From assembly GCA_041738235.1 (NCBI GenBank), contig JBGSQF010000013.1, positions 257,899-321,898 on the forward strand: DNA of 64,000 nt, written 5' to 3'. The notes under the pieces are model-generated. The model searched no databases and had not been told where the DNA came from. It saw only the letters and a program-made list of their open reading frames with translations. Source of the DNA: Minisyncoccia bacterium. Its GTDB lineage: Bacteria; Patescibacteriota; Minisyncoccia; Moranbacterales; GCA-2747515. The position numbers and the translations under genes are program-made. Below are positions 44,922-56,550 of this stretch, in pieces (the first letter of the stretch is position 1; the number at the start of each line of letters is the position of its first letter).

Positions 44922-46076
44922 TCACGGTAAATTCAAGAACATTTCGTGTATCCTGTCGTAGTTATCCCCTCTTGGGAGAAGAATATAGCCAGCATCTCCC
45001 GTGTTTTCGGGAGCGTACAGCATTCCCTCCTCAGAGTTCTCCAATACTTTCTGTTTGATCTCAGGCGAATTCATATTTTGTTCCAAGCTCCAAAGCGCCT
45101 TAACCTCCCATGCGGCCATATCGGTGCGCACATTATTCCCCAACGCATCCGTCATAGCACTTATCTTCGTAAAATCGGTTAATGTCCCCAAAGAAAGAGC
45201 CTTTTCCTTGATCTGTTTTATAACCTCCTGTTGTCTGCGCGCGCGATCAAAGTCTGTGGAGCTGTATCGCGATCGAACATAGCATAACGCAGTAATACCA
45301 TCAAGATGAACATTTCCGGCAGGAAGCTGAAATATTCCGCCACATTCTTCATTGGCGTTATAACACAGTGGATATTGCGCCTTGATCTTTCCCGTTCTTC
45401 CGCTCTTCTTTATCTCAAAATTGCCAGAAGGAACAGTAAATACCGTCGGATCGCAAACCCTTTCTTCATGAAACTGTTTTGCCTCAACGAATGGCTGATC
45501 AAGGTGAAGATCTATTCCTCCTAAACTATCAACGAGTTCTTGAAATCCTGCAAAATCAATACTAATAGCATAGTGAATTTCAAGGCCAGTAACATTAGCA
45601 ACCGCCTGTTTCATCACCTCAAGGCCTTGCGCTTTTCCATTCTCTTCTCCGGCATAATGCGCATAGTTGATCTTGCGCTGGTCATTTGTTCCAGGAATAG
45701 TCACGTAAAGATCTCTTGGAATAGACACGAGAGAAACTGCATTCTTTTCCGGAAATATACTTGCTACCATTATAGTATCAGCCAAAAGACCTCCTCCTTC
45801 AACCCCTGCGCCTCGCATACCAAGAAGAAGCACATTAATCCGCCCCTCTTTCTCTCCCTTAAGCGTATTAGGCACACCTGGTAATGATCGAACGATGTTC
45901 TCAAATACGTTCCCCTTTGTTACCTTCTGCACAACGGAGCCCGCCTTAAACAAGAATCCCAAAACAAAAAGAAGCAAGATCCCAGAAACGATCAGAACTA
46001 TATTTCGGACTCGGTGATTCTTTTTCGCGCCGACCTGGACCGCTGGGGCATTTTTCTTTTTCCAAAAAAAATCCAT
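44922..46076 (-). CDS. LytR-CpsA-Psr (LCP) family cell-envelope polymer transferase; N-terminal TM anchor
   Basis: RINVLLLGMRGAGVEGGGLLADTIMVASIFPEKNAVSLVSIPRDLYVTIPG, LCP signature. Confidence 0.85.
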   Translation of the reverse strand: MDFFWKKKNAPAVQVGAKKNHRVRNIVLIVSGILLLFVLGFLFKAGSVVQKVTKGNVFENIVRSLPGVPNTLKGEKEGRINVLLLGMRGAGVEGGGLLADTIMVASIFPEKNAVSLVSIPRDLYVTIPGTNDQRKINYAHYAGEENGKAQGLEVMKQAVANVTGLEIHYAISIDFAGFQELVDSLGGIDLHLDQPFVEAKQFHEERVCDPTVFTVPSGNFEIKKSGRTGKIKAQYPLCYNANEECGGIFQLPAGNVHLDGITALCYVRSRYSSTDFDRARRQQEVIKQIKEKALSLGTLTDFTKISAMTDALGNNVRTDMAAWEVKALWSLEQNMNSPEIKQKVLENSEEGMLYAPENTGDAGYILLPRGDNYDRIHEMFLNLP

Positions 46077-46094
46077 ATACTATTTCTAAAAGAG

Positions 46095-47243
46095 TTAAAA
46101 AAGAGACTCATACACCCCCAATAAAACATGTGCGGAAGTGTTCCATCTCGGAAGCGTTACGGAAGGTAACTTACTTGAAAGTTCACTTCTTTGCGCAGTA
46201 TGTACAGCATACAGGAGTTCCGCAAGTTCTTCAAGAGCACCTAGGGGAAAGTACTGGGCACCATCACCAGCCAATTCCCGGTGCGGAGAAATGTCGGATG
46301 CCAGCACAGGAACACCAAGGTCAAGTGCTTCTCCGATCGGAAGTCCAAATCCCTCATATTTTGAAGGAAAGACAAAACAATCAGACAACTTATAAAGAAC
46401 ACTTAGATCCCCTGGATCAACATACCCCGGAAATATGACTCTTTCTGGATGCTTCATTGCATTGAGCGTTGTCTCGATACTTCTATCCACATTGTGACCC
46501 GACCGATCCCCCACGATGACCAGTGAAACATCCTCGACTCTTGAAGCGACAAGATCGAAAGCACGAAGTAAGAAAGGGATATTTTTCCTCGGCTGAAGCG
46601 TACCTACGTACAAAAAGAACTTTTTGGGAAGATGATACTTCTTCTGGACAACTAACTCTGTATCTGGTACTTCGTTTTGTTCAATACCCGAGACAGCAAC
46701 ACCGTTTTGTACTACGCGCGTTTTTTCAAAAACTTCCTTTCCATACCATTTTCCGATCTCTGTTCGGGTAAACTGAGAAACAGCAATAACCACGTCTGCC
46801 CTTCGTAGAGCATAGGGGATAAGTAAAGATAAGAATAATCGATCTTTCCAAGAGATCATTTCTGGATACACTCGAAAAGAAACATCATGAACATGGGTAA
46901 CGATCTTTACAGCACGTGGCATACAGATCGGTACGATGTATTGCGTATGATAGATATCGATATGCATGCGTCGTACAAAATGCGGAATGGTCCACCCATT
47001 CCAAATAAACTTATTACCACTGCCCAAGGGATAGATATGAATATTGACACTTCCCTCGATTCCCAACCGGTGTCTTATTCGAGCAAGCCCCTCCTCTGGA
47101 CGCGTATCGATACACAAAAAGTATTCATTTTTATCATCGATCCTTGCTAGCTGCTTCACCAAGTTCAAAAAGACCGTTTCATCTCCGGTTCGCTTCTTAC
47201 CAATGTTTCGAATATCAATAGCGATGCGCATACTATAGGGCAC
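46095..47243 (-). CDS. Glycosyltransferase family 4
   Basis: YVGTLQPRKNIPFLLRAF...[43 protein letters not shown]. Confidence 0.85.
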   Translation of the reverse strand: MPYSMRIAIDIRNIGKKRTGDETVFLNLVKQLARIDDKNEYFLCIDTRPEEGLARIRHRLGIEGSVNIHIYPLGSGNKFIWNGWTIPHFVRRMHIDIYHTQYIVPICMPRAVKIVTHVHDVSFRVYPEMISWKDRLFLSLLIPYALRRADVVIAVSQFTRTEIGKWYGKEVFEKTRVVQNGVAVSGIEQNEVPDTELVVQKKYHLPKKFFLYVGTLQPRKNIPFLLRAFDLVASRVEDVSLVIVGDRSGHNVDRSIETTLNAMKHPERVIFPGYVDPGDLSVLYKLSDCFVFPSKYEGFGLPIGEALDLGVPVLASDISPHRELAGDGAQYFPLGALEELAELLYAVHTAQRSELSSKLPSVTLPRWNTSAHVLLGVYESLF

Positions 47244-47256
47244 GAAAATTTAAGAT

Positions 47257-48873
47257 CTAACTTTTTCTATGATCCATCCTAAAAGAATGTGAGTGTACCA
47301 CGGCCAACCACACCCAAAATATCGCCAGAAAGTGACCTGCATTAAACAGGTTTGCTACCAAAAACACCATACCTATTCCCAAGATCGCCAACCCGAACAA
47401 GCGCGTCTCCCCATCCTCTGACCAGGATGAACGAAATCCAGAAACAAGCGCCCACCCAAAAATACCTATGATTCCTAAAAACCCTACCATACCCGATCCA
47501 AGCCAAAATTCCAAAAAGATGTTACTAGAGTTAAGCGATGCCCCACTTTTATCCGTCCCGAGAATAGCTCCAATGTTCCCCCATCCAATACCAAGGATCG
47601 GATGTTCTTGTATCTGCTGAGCAGTAGTCGCCCATACAGTCTTTCGGATCTCCACGGTTGGATCTTTTCGAAATACTTTTTGCACAGTATATCCCTGACT
47701 TTCGTAAGATCCGATCTCTTCCAAATCTATCTGCTGACACCCATTACGCTGAAGGTCTTCCATGCGGTCGATCACCCGTGGAACCACTCTATCTACTCCC
47801 CCTTGGCAAGCAATGGTGATCTCCTGAAGTCCCGATCCGACACTTTGAATACGATTTCCCAACTCAAATGGCGTAAGATGCAGTCCAAACACCAAGCATA
47901 CCGCCAAAACGCCTGTTGCCAAAACATTTTTCCCCCAATCGATCACACTAAAAAAACCCTTTTTGCATAAAAGCACAGATCCTACTGCGACCAAACCAAC
48001 AACCGACGCCGACCAAGCACTTCGAGCAACAGTAAGAATAAGCAACACCCAAGACAATATCAGCATCTCGTAAGAAAGCACACGAAATGACATATACCGT
48101 TTAGATGTCTCCTTTGAATCCCCCACTAAGGACAAAACGAATATCGAATATAATACAACACCCACACTGGCGTACACACCCAACCAATCCGCTTCTGTAA
48201 ATGTAGCATTTGGTCTTCCTGCCATTACTTCATTACTCACCCCTCCCGACAAGAAAAGAATGTTCTGTGCTACGCCATAGACCGACACGATAAAGAACGA
48301 CCCCACAAAGAAAGAAAGAGATCGTAGTATATCTCCCCGACTTCGCATAAAATATCGGGCAAGAAAATATATAAATATACATGATGCCAAAACCAGCGAC
48401 TGTTTCATTGCCACTCCACCATTAAACTGTGCCGAAAAAATACTCATTACAAAGACCACGCCAAGAATCGCATCAACCCATTTTAAAGAGAGCATGAATC
48501 CTTTCAGATCCTCCTTGCCCATAAAAAAACGAAGCAGTAATCCAATCGCTAATGATACTGCAACAACTTGGTACCACCGAAGATCCACGCCACCAACTGA
48601 CGCGAGTGGAACATGCTCTAAAACGATCGTAGCAAGGAATACACCAAATACTGCTTTTGGCTTCCAGAAGGCCCAGATCAAGAACAAAAGAAAAAAAACA
48701 GCGGCAGTAAACAAAGCTACCGGAAACACTTCAAAATGATCCAAAACAACGATCATTCCGATACCAAGTGTTGTCCAGAAAGATAAGAGTTTTAAACTTT
48801 TAAAGACTTTTAGAGAGATCATGCTAAAAAATATTAAATACTTGAGAGCGCCTTCTCGGTAAATTTCTTCCAA
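47257..48873 (-). CDS. Large polytopic membrane protein (>=10 TM), possible O-antigen polymerase/ligase (Wzy/WaaL-like); the N-terminal 40 nt overlap the next gene, so the true start may be internal
   Basis: Multiple hydrophobic helices and a large extracytoplasmic loop; position inside the GT/LCP locus. Confidence 0.45.
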   Translation of the reverse strand: MEEIYREGALKYLIFFSMISLKVFKSLKLLSFWTTLGIGMIVVLDHFEVFPVALFTAAVFFLLFLIWAFWKPKAVFGVFLATIVLEHVPLASVGGVDLRWYQVVAVSLAIGLLLRFFMGKEDLKGFMLSLKWVDAILGVVFVMSIFSAQFNGGVAMKQSLVLASCIFIYFLARYFMRSRGDILRSLSFFVGSFFIVSVYGVAQNILFLSGGVSNEVMAGRPNATFTEADWLGVYASVGVVLYSIFVLSLVGDSKETSKRYMSFRVLSYEMLILSWVLLILTVARSAWSASVVGLVAVGSVLLCKKGFFSVIDWGKNVLATGVLAVCLVFGLHLTPFELGNRIQSVGSGLQEITIACQGGVDRVVPRVIDRMEDLQRNGCQQIDLEEIGSYESQGYTVQKVFRKDPTVEIRKTVWATTAQQIQEHPILGIGWGNIGAILGTDKSGASLNSSNIFLEFWLGSGMVGFLGIIGIFGWALVSGFRSSWSEDGETRLFGLAILGIGMVFLVANLFNAGHFLAIFWVWLAVVHSHSFRMDHRKS

Positions 48874-50000
48874 GAAAATTTCTTGGCTTGTTCATGCCCT
48901 CTTTGCACCATCACATCTCGAATGTTCTTCTTCCCTAGAACATTCAACATTGAACGAGCTATATCATCAACAGACTCTGGATCGCAGTAGATCGCTGCGT
49001 CTCCAGCCACCTCTGGAAGTGATGCTCTCTTGGAGGTAAGTACGGGTATCCCTACACGCATTGCTTCCAAAACAGGCATGCCGAACCCTTCGTACTTCGA
49101 AGGAAAGACGAAAAGTCGCGCACCCGCGTAGAGAGCTGGGAGGTCTTTCTGGTCAACTCGCCCCAGTATATGCACATAATTACCCAAATTCATTTCCCGA
49201 ACCTCTTTTGCTACATCCGTCACCAAGGGAGCAAGTTTTGGCAAAAGCATTCCCGAGATCACCAGATCAGGAATAACAGTCTCTTGATCGGAGAAACGAG
49301 ATCGTTCCTTCAGGATCTTTCGATACGCCAAAAGAAGATTATGAACATTTTTTCTTGTCTCCAACCCGCCACCATAATATATATATCCAGGTTCGATATG
49401 ATGCTGTTTCATTACCCTATTTTTATCTGGCACAGAAACCGGTTTCGAAAATACTGGGTCAACATCAATATAGGCAACATGTGTCTTCTGAGCAGAAACT
49501 CCCATGTATTGCACGAGGTCTTTCTCGGTTCGCCTTGAGACGGCCAAGAGCGTGGTCGCATCAATCATGCCTTGCTCGATCGCCTTTTCATACAATCGTT
49601 TTCGCATGGTGTTGAGATACTCTGGGAACATCTTTGGGATAATATCGTGAACCACCATGCTGTGATGGATCGATTTCGGTAAACATGTTGCCGACTGATA
49701 AAGACTGATAAACGCCTCACAACCATCTCTTTGTGCCTGCTCTGGTACCGTTTTTGCCTCCCAAAGCCACTTACGAAACAGATCATCTCGTTTCCAAAAA
49801 GGCAATACAACCCTTTTTTCAAAATTCTCAGGTAGTTTCCAGTTAATGTCTTCTTCGAGATAAAGAATAAATCGATATTTGGCAAATATACGATTCATCC
49901 CCTCTTGCGCGATCAATGTATGCAAAAAGTGTGTCGTCACTTGCCCAATCCCCGTATAGGGCTTTCGAAGAAAGGAAACGTTGATGCCGATAGTCTTCAT
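48834..50000 (-). CDS. Glycosyltransferase family 4
   Basis: [44 protein letters not shown]. Confidence 0.85.
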   Translation of the reverse strand: MKTIGINVSFLRKPYTGIGQVTTHFLHTLIAQEGMNRIFAKYRFILYLEEDINWKLPENFEKRVVLPFWKRDDLFRKWLWEAKTVPEQAQRDGCEAFISLYQSATCLPKSIHHSMVVHDIIPKMFPEYLNTMRKRLYEKAIEQGMIDATTLLAVSRRTEKDLVQYMGVSAQKTHVAYIDVDPVFSKPVSVPDKNRVMKQHHIEPGYIYYGGGLETRKNVHNLLLAYRKILKERSRFSDQETVIPDLVISGMLLPKLAPLVTDVAKEVREMNLGNYVHILGRVDQKDLPALYAGARLFVFPSKYEGFGMPVLEAMRVGIPVLTSKRASLPEVAGDAAIYCDPESVDDIARSMLNVLGKKNIRDVMVQRGHEQAKKFSWKKFTEKALSSI

Positions 50001-50030
50001 ATGTTACGAACAATAATAATACCAATAGGC

Positions 50031-51233
50031 TCAAAAAACGATCTTTGCAATATTCTTCTTTCCAACGCGGAGTATCTTTCCGTTATATTTTTCATCCAAG
50101 ATAAAAGCTTGATCAGTAATCTTCTCACCATCTAATGACACCCCACCCTGTTCGATCTTTCTTCGAGCGTCACTCTTACTCTGGGCAAATCCGATCGCAA
50201 CAAGTGCTTCGAGTATAGTTGATCCTGCTAAAATACTTTTCTCAACAACATCCTCAACAATAACATTTCTCTTTGAAAATGTTTCGATAAAATACTGTTC
50301 TTCTTTCTCAGCAACGGCGCTACTATGAAAGATAGAGACGAGCTCTTTTGCAAGGCGCAGCTTTGCATCTCGAGGATTATCCGATTTAAGTAACATTCCA
50401 ATCTCTTTGAGTGACAAAAAAGTACAATTTACGAACAGTAACTCCATCATTTCATCCGGTTGGGCCATGATCTGCCCAAACATTTCCCTCGCTGATGTAT
50501 TTAAAAATACTCCTGTCCCCTTGCTTTTGGACATAAGATCTCCCGTTTTAGGATTCTCCATAAGCGTAACAGCGACAACAAACTTTTCTTTCTGTTTGAA
50601 TTTCTTAAGTAATGTTCTTCCAACAAGCGCGTTAAATGTCTGGTCCGTTCCGCAAAGTTCCGCATCCACTTCCATCGCCACGCTATCATAACCTTGCATC
50701 AACGGATACAAAAACTCATGCAAATGAATTGGCTCACCAGCCTTGATCCGCTTTTCAAACATGTCCCGTTCCAACATACGCTGAACCGTCACATTGGATG
50801 CCAGATATAATACCTCCTCAAAAGAGAGTTTTGCCAACCATTCACTATTAAAACGAATCTTTGGAGGATTGTCCGGATCATCAAATTTCATAAGCGGTCG
50901 GATCTGTCTTTGCCACTCAACAACATTTCTTTCTACCTCTTCCTTGGTGAGCTGTTTCCGAGCAGAGATCTCTCCTGTTGGGTCACCAATGCGCGCAGTA
51001 AAGTCACCAAATAATAGAATCACTTCATGCCCAAGTTTCCGAAACTTTTCCAAAAGCATGATATTTTTTGCATGACTCAAGTGCAATGTTGGCGCTGTTG
51101 CATCAAAACCAATATAAAAACGTAACCGTTCTCCGTTAAGAAGCCTTCCACGAAATTCTTCCCGGGAAGGAAAGATCTCTACGATCGTACCTCGATCCAA
51201 TATCTCATCTACTTCAATTTCTCTCGTGGCCAT
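50031..51233 (-). CDS. tyrS: Tyrosyl-tRNA synthetase (class I, with C-terminal S4-like domain)
   Basis: PTLHLSHAKNIMLLEKF (HIGH region), DLMSKSKGTG (KMSKS), C-terminal RKIEQGGVSLDGEKI S4 motif. Confidence 0.85.
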   Translation of the reverse strand: MATREIEVDEILDRGTIVEIFPSREEFRGRLLNGERLRFYIGFDATAPTLHLSHAKNIMLLEKFRKLGHEVILLFGDFTARIGDPTGEISARKQLTKEEVERNVVEWQRQIRPLMKFDDPDNPPKIRFNSEWLAKLSFEEVLYLASNVTVQRMLERDMFEKRIKAGEPIHLHEFLYPLMQGYDSVAMEVDAELCGTDQTFNALVGRTLLKKFKQKEKFVVAVTLMENPKTGDLMSKSKGTGVFLNTSAREMFGQIMAQPDEMMELLFVNCTFLSLKEIGMLLKSDNPRDAKLRLAKELVSIFHSSAVAEKEEQYFIETFSKRNVIVEDVVEKSILAGSTILEALVAIGFAQSKSDARRKIEQGGVSLDGEKITDQAFILDEKYNGKILRVGKKNIAKIVF

Positions 51234-51247
51234 ATGATTAGAACTCG

Positions 51248-52396
51248 TTAGTTAACCTCACCAAGGTTTATGATTATCTGCGCTATATCATCTTCTTTTC
51301 CTAAAAAGAGAGCTTTCTTCCATTCTGACAATTTTTCTATTTCCCTTCGAATGACGTGCTTCACGCCCTTTTCATCTAGTTTTTGATTATAGTATTTCAT
51401 ACTTTCTCTCACGCTCGATACAAGCCCCCTCAGCTCTTCTCTTCTTAAAGCTATGATCTCACCAATAACCGACTGCCTGTCAACATCTGGGAACTTTTCT
51501 TTTAGGACTCGTGGCACAACATGAGCAAAATTCGGTTTGACTTGAAACGCCATGATTTCATAGGCGTCTCCAAGTGCTCTCATCGCTTGAGCCTTATGGA
51601 CGTTATATTTTTCTCTGATCAGACCCATAGCTGAATTCCAGACAGCATCACGCGATTCGGGGTCAACACCTCGCAAAAGATCTTCTCGGAAATGTTCGAT
51701 GTTCTTTAGTATCTCGTCCAAAGATACATTCCCACCCTGATCCCCCACAAATTCCTCAACCATACCAGATATCGAATTCACCACCGCGTCTTCTCTTTCT
51801 TTTGCCTCTTTGGAGGAGTTCTCAACAAGGAACGCATCCGCAAACCTTCCTCCAATGGCGCGACATACTCTTTTCTTATTGAGTGATCTCACAAACCTAT
51901 CCTCCGAAACAACATTTTTGTCTTTCATATACTTCTGAAAGATCTCATGCCAATCCTCCGGTAGGAGCGCTTCTATTACCTCTCCTATCGCGATCTCCTC
52001 ACTCGATCGATCATCCCGCATAGAAACCATTTGATGTTTTTTGGTAGCCTCTTTTCTTCGACGATCGACCAGAATCCTCAGCTGTTCCAAAAGTTCCGTA
52101 TTGGCATTGACCATAGCGCCTATCGAAGACGCTACCCTCTGATAGATGGCTTCTGCAGCAAGTTCTTCATACTTGTGCACACCTTGCAATTGTTCTCTAT
52201 AGTAGGTCTCTAATTCGACATATTTGGAAGGATCCATATCAGAGATAGAACCTTCCCTGGTCATCATATCCAAAAGGTTTGGGACGCTCGGAATATCAAG
52301 GTGAGTTCCCATTTCTTGATCTAATCGTGAAAAGACAACGGACAGACCTCTTTCTTCTGTACGTTCTCCATTTAATTCAGCATGTGTCTCTGCCAT
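51248..52396 (-). CDS. Hypothetical protein (382 aa)
   Basis: Clean ORF with 14-nt spacing to tyrS; no recognisable motif. Confidence 0.4.
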   Translation of the reverse strand: MAETHAELNGERTEERGLSVVFSRLDQEMGTHLDIPSVPNLLDMMTREGSISDMDPSKYVELETYYREQLQGVHKYEELAAEAIYQRVASSIGAMVNANTELLEQLRILVDRRRKEATKKHQMVSMRDDRSSEEIAIGEVIEALLPEDWHEIFQKYMKDKNVVSEDRFVRSLNKKRVCRAIGGRFADAFLVENSSKEAKEREDAVVNSISGMVEEFVGDQGGNVSLDEILKNIEHFREDLLRGVDPESRDAVWNSAMGLIREKYNVHKAQAMRALGDAYEIMAFQVKPNFAHVVPRVLKEKFPDVDRQSVIGEIIALRREELRGLVSSVRESMKYYNQKLDEKGVKHVIRREIEKLSEWKKALFLGKEDDIAQIIINLGEVN

Positions 52397-52414
52397 AACA
52401 AAACTACCTCAAAG

Positions 52415-52726
52415 CTATATTCCCAGTCGCTTTTTTCCTTCCTCGTACTGCGATTCCGTGATCATTCCCGATTTCTTCATCTGCTCCATTTGCGCAAGGA
52501 TCTTGTCTTTATTTTTTTCGAGATTTTCGGGAGTCAAAAACTTGTTCATCATTTGTTGACGCTCTTGTTCACTCATCGATGCAAGTTTTTTCATAGCCAA
52601 TCGCTGCAACATTCCCATATTTTTTGGTTGAGCTGGTTGTTGCTTTCCCGATGGCTGCAATACTTGACCGTTTCCCGATGGCTGCATTCCCGTTGCTGGC
52701 GCTTTCTTCTTGAATGGATTCCACAT
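52415..52726 (-). CDS. Hypothetical small protein (103 aa) with a Gln/Pro-rich low-complexity N-terminus
   Basis: ORF in operon context. Confidence 0.3.
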   Translation of the reverse strand: MWNPFKKKAPATGMQPSGNGQVLQPSGKQQPAQPKNMGMLQRLAMKKLASMSEQERQQMMNKFLTPENLEKNKDKILAQMEQMKKSGMITESQYEEGKKRLGI

Positions 52727-52760
52727 ATGTTGTGTCTTTAAAAAATTTATGAATAGAGCA

Positions 52761-53339
52761 TTAGACTACAAATTTTGGATTTCTTGCATCCTTCTCGGAA
52801 ACAATCACTTCTCGTGGATCGATCGGCCACTCTATAGCAAGAACAGGATCATTCCACACTATACCCCCCTCATGTTCTGGAGCGTACATTTTCGTGCATT
52901 TATAAGAAAATACCGTATCATCCTCAAGCGTCACAAACCCGTGCGCGAGACCCGGCGGAATCCAAAACTGCGTATGATTTTCCCCAGAAAGTTCGATCCC
53001 AAACCATTTTCCATATGTCTTTGACCCCTCTCGAATATCCACTGCTACATCCCACACCCTGCCTTTTATAACCTGGACCAGTTTTCCTTGTGCGTATTCC
53101 CCAGTCTGAAAATGCAATCCTCGAAGCACTCCACGCTTGGATTGTGAGAGGTTATCCTGTACAAAAACCGTATCGATCCCTGCATCACGATATCGATCAG
53201 CATTAAAGGATTCCAAAAAGAATCCTCGGTCGTCTCCAAATACCTTAGGACGTATAACCAAAATACCATCGATTGAGGTTTTTTCTATTTCCATGGGGAT
53301 AAGTATACCAATAAATATCAAAAAAATCAAAACGGGCAT
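52761..53339 (-). CDS. rfbC: dTDP-4-dehydrorhamnose 3,5-epimerase
   Basis: KVFGDDRGFFLESF...RGLHFQ...QGKLVQVIKGRVWDVAVDIR...FWIPPGLAHGF. Confidence 0.9.
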   Translation of the reverse strand: MPVLIFLIFIGILIPMEIEKTSIDGILVIRPKVFGDDRGFFLESFNADRYRDAGIDTVFVQDNLSQSKRGVLRGLHFQTGEYAQGKLVQVIKGRVWDVAVDIREGSKTYGKWFGIELSGENHTQFWIPPGLAHGFVTLEDDTVFSYKCTKMYAPEHEGGIVWNDPVLAIEWPIDPREVIVSEKDARNPKFVV

Positions 53340-53377
53340 ATAGCCCGTTTTGATTCACTATACAGATAAAAGATTTT

Positions 53378-55468
53378 TTATTTTCCGGTTCGCTGAGCAA
53401 TAATTTCCTGTGCCACGTTATTTGGAACCTCTGCATAGTGTCCAAATTCCATGGAATAGCTCGCACGTCCCTGTGTCATGGAACGAAGTTGCGTTGCGTA
53501 ACCAAACATCGATGCCAAAGGAACATCTGCCTCGATTTCTTTTACTATAGCCTGTCCTTCTCCACGGTCATTGATCTCTTTGATAATTCCACGCCGTGCA
53601 TTGATATCTCCCACTACGTCTCCCATAAATTGCTCAGGGGTGATCGCTACTACTCGCATAATAGGCTCCAAAACAACGGGACTGGCACGCTTTACCGCTT
53701 CTTGCAAAGCAAGCGACCCCGCCACCTTGAACGCCGCCTCCGAAGAGTCCACGTCATGAAATGATCCATCGTACAGCGTCACTCGAATATCCACCAACGG
53801 ATATCCGGCCACCACTCCATTTTCCATTGCTTCCTTGGCCCCTTTTTCGATCGGTGGAATATACTCCTGGGGGATAACACCTCCCTTGATCTCGTTGAGA
53901 AATTCAAATCCAGCTCCAGCTTCCATTGGTTCGATACGCAACCAACAATGTCCATACTGTCCACGACCTCCTGACTGTCGGATATATTTTCCTTCTGCTT
54001 CAGATTTAGCCTTGATCGTCTCACGGTAGGCTACTTGTGGCTTACCAACATTTGCTTCCACCTTGAACTCTCGTCGCATACGATCAACAATAATATCGAG
54101 ATGTAGCTCACCCATTCCAGAAATAATCGTCTGTCCCGTTTCTTCATCACCCCGAACGCGGAAGGTTGGATCTTCCTCAGAAAGTTTCTTGAGGGCCATT
54201 CCCATCCTTTCCTGATCCGCTTTGGTCTTTGGTTCAATAGCAATATCGATCACCGGCTCAGGAAAATCCATCGACTCCAGAATGATCGCGTGTGCCGGGT
54301 CACAAAGTGTGTCTCCTGTCGTGGAACTCTTCAGCCCTACAATTGCGCCGATCTCTCCACTACGCATTTCTGTCACCTCTTCACGATGGTTAGCATGCAT
54401 GCGCAGTACCCGTCCAATACGCTCCTTTGAATCTTTTGTGGAATTCAAAACATATGACCCCGCTTGAAGAACCCCGGAATACACTCGAAAGAAAGAGATC
54501 TGTCCTACAAATGGATCGGTGGCTACCTTAAACACAAGCGCAGAAAATGGTTCATTATCCGTCGAATGTCTCTCCACTTCAGCACCAGATTTTACATCAA
54601 CCCCCTTGATAGCAGGGACATCTTGTGGAGCAGGAAGATAATCTATAACAGCATCAAGAACCAACTGAACACCCTTATTTCTCAGTGCGGTTCCCACAAA
54701 AACAGGAATGAGTCGCACGTCAACAACGGCTCTTCGCATAGCCGCTTTGAGTTCCTCAACACTGATCTCTTCTCCCCCAAGGTACTTTTCTGTCAAAGCG
54801 TCGTCCGTTTCAGAGATCTTCTCCACTAACTTCTCACGCCATTCCTTGGCTTTCTCTAGATATTCAGCCGGTATCTCTCCCTCAATGACCTTTTCTCCCA
54901 TTTGCCCGTCAAAGGTGTACGATTTCATTAACAAAAGATCGATCACACCAGAGAAATCTCCACGCTCTCCGATCGGCAGCTGTGCCGCAACAGCGTTCGG
55001 TGTGAGACGGTTCCAGATCGATTTCAAGGCCGCTTCGAAATTCGCCCCTTCCTTGTCGATCTTATTAATAAAACAGATCCGAGGAACGTTGTATCGATCC
55101 GCCTGACGCCATACTGTCTCAGATTGTGGCTCAACCCCCTCTTTTCCGTCGAATACCACCACTCCACCATCAAGCACACGCAGTGACCGTTCCACCTCTA
55201 CGGTGAAATCCACGTGTCCCGGAGTGTCAATAATGTTGATCTGATGATCCTTCCAAAAGCACGTTGTCGCAGCAGATGTGATAGTGATGCCCCGTTCACG
55301 CTCTTGTTCCATCCAGTCCATCGTTGCCTCCCCTTCGTGCACCTCCCCGATCTTATGAGTGATCCCGGTGTAAAACAAAATACGCTCCGTCGTGGTCGTC
55401 TTTCCAGCATCGATGTGCGCAATGATCCCAATGTTACGAAGTTTCTGTGCGGGGCTATCTTGAGGCAT
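53378..55468 (-). CDS. fusA: Translation elongation factor G
   Basis: [24 protein letters not shown]...[21 protein letters not shown]...NKIDK. Confidence 0.97.
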   Translation of the reverse strand: MPQDSPAQKLRNIGIIAHIDAGKTTTTERILFYTGITHKIGEVHEGEATMDWMEQERERGITITSAATTCFWKDHQINIIDTPGHVDFTVEVERSLRVLDGGVVVFDGKEGVEPQSETVWRQADRYNVPRICFINKIDKEGANFEAALKSIWNRLTPNAVAAQLPIGERGDFSGVIDLLLMKSYTFDGQMGEKVIEGEIPAEYLEKAKEWREKLVEKISETDDALTEKYLGGEEISVEELKAAMRRAVVDVRLIPVFVGTALRNKGVQLVLDAVIDYLPAPQDVPAIKGVDVKSGAEVERHSTDNEPFSALVFKVATDPFVGQISFFRVYSGVLQAGSYVLNSTKDSKERIGRVLRMHANHREEVTEMRSGEIGAIVGLKSSTTGDTLCDPAHAIILESMDFPEPVIDIAIEPKTKADQERMGMALKKLSEEDPTFRVRGDEETGQTIISGMGELHLDIIVDRMRREFKVEANVGKPQVAYRETIKAKSEAEGKYIRQSGGRGQYGHCWLRIEPMEAGAGFEFLNEIKGGVIPQEYIPPIEKGAKEAMENGVVAGYPLVDIRVTLYDGSFHDVDSSEAAFKVAGSLALQEAVKRASPVVLEPIMRVVAITPEQFMGDVVGDINARRGIIKEINDRGEGQAIVKEIEADVPLASMFGYATQLRSMTQGRASYSMEFGHYAEVPNNVAQEIIAQRTGK

Positions 55469-55477
55469 ACGTTAATA

Positions 55478-55978
55478 CTAAATAGTTATTTGATTTAAAT
55501 TATAAAGCTCTTGATTGTACACATTTTTATTAGATACTTCCTCAAATCCATATTCACTATACAAAATGCCTTTTTTCATCATATCAACTACATGGCGTAT
55601 ATAGGGAATGACCGTATCGGAAAGGCCGTCCGCATCAAACCATTCGAGTCCATCGCATTTATGAGGTTCCATGATCCTAGGCTCTCCCCGCCATTTTTCA
55701 ACAACAAAGAACAACTCCATTCGCTCATTATTCTCTGGTGTTTGAGAGTCTCTCTGTAGAACATGCGCCACCTGTAGGTCACCTTTCTTTAATTCCACCC
55801 CGATCTCCTCTTTGATCTCACGTATTGCGCATTGTGTATATGTTTCCCCTGCCTCTACATGCCCAGCCGGCAGACTCCACATTCCATCCTCATACCCTGT
55901 TTGAAATCGTCGAGAAAAAAGAAGTTTTCCCTCTTTTTTCAAAAACACATATGCTGCAGGTATGACCGAATGTCTCAT
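55478..55978 (-). CDS. NUDIX hydrolase
   Basis: Nudix box GHVEAGETYTQCAIREIKEEIGVEL. Confidence 0.85.
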   Translation of the reverse strand: MRHSVIPAAYVFLKKEGKLLFSRRFQTGYEDGMWSLPAGHVEAGETYTQCAIREIKEEIGVELKKGDLQVAHVLQRDSQTPENNERMELFFVVEKWRGEPRIMEPHKCDGLEWFDADGLSDTVIPYIRHVVDMMKKGILYSEYGFEEVSNKNVYNQELYNLNQITI

Positions 55979-56040
55979 AACAGAAAATGTAAGTGTGTTA
56001 CGACCATGTAACCCACTTACATCGCTACAAAATACAAAGC

Positions 56041-56508
56041 TTACGCAAAGTGAGCAAATGCCTTGTTTGCCTCAGCCATTCTGTGTACATCCTCACGCTT
56101 CTTCATCGCAGCACCCGTTTTATTGGATGCGTCAATACACTCGTCAGCGATCTTTTCTGCCATACCCTTTCCTTTCTTTTTTCGACATGCTTCAATGATC
56201 CATCGCATCGCCAGCGCCTGACGACGATCCCCAGAAACAGGGATCGGCACTTGATAGTTAGCGCCTCCTACACGACGAGATTTGAGCTCTAAAATAGGCG
56301 AAACGTTCTTTATAGCCTGTTCAAACACATTCAGACCGCCCCGCTTGGTTCGTTCATGAATAATATCAAAAGAACGATACACTACACTTTGCGCAACGGT
56401 CAGCTTTCCATCCCGCATGATCTGTGAAATAAGTCGTCCAACCAACAGACTTTTATACTGTGGGTCTTCTCGTAATTTTTTATCGTATACTCTTTTTCTT
56501 CGTGCCAT
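56041..56508 (-). CDS. rpsG: 30S ribosomal protein S7
   Basis: LVGRLISQIMRDGKLTVAQSVVYRSFDII...KSRRVGGANYQVPIPV...MAEANKAF. Confidence 0.95.
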   Translation of the reverse strand: MARRKRVYDKKLREDPQYKSLLVGRLISQIMRDGKLTVAQSVVYRSFDIIHERTKRGGLNVFEQAIKNVSPILELKSRRVGGANYQVPIPVSGDRRQALAMRWIIEACRKKKGKGMAEKIADECIDASNKTGAAMKKREDVHRMAEANKAFAHFA

Positions 56509-56550
56509 AATTCATTAATAATCTTTATAACAAGTGATATTACTCAAGAA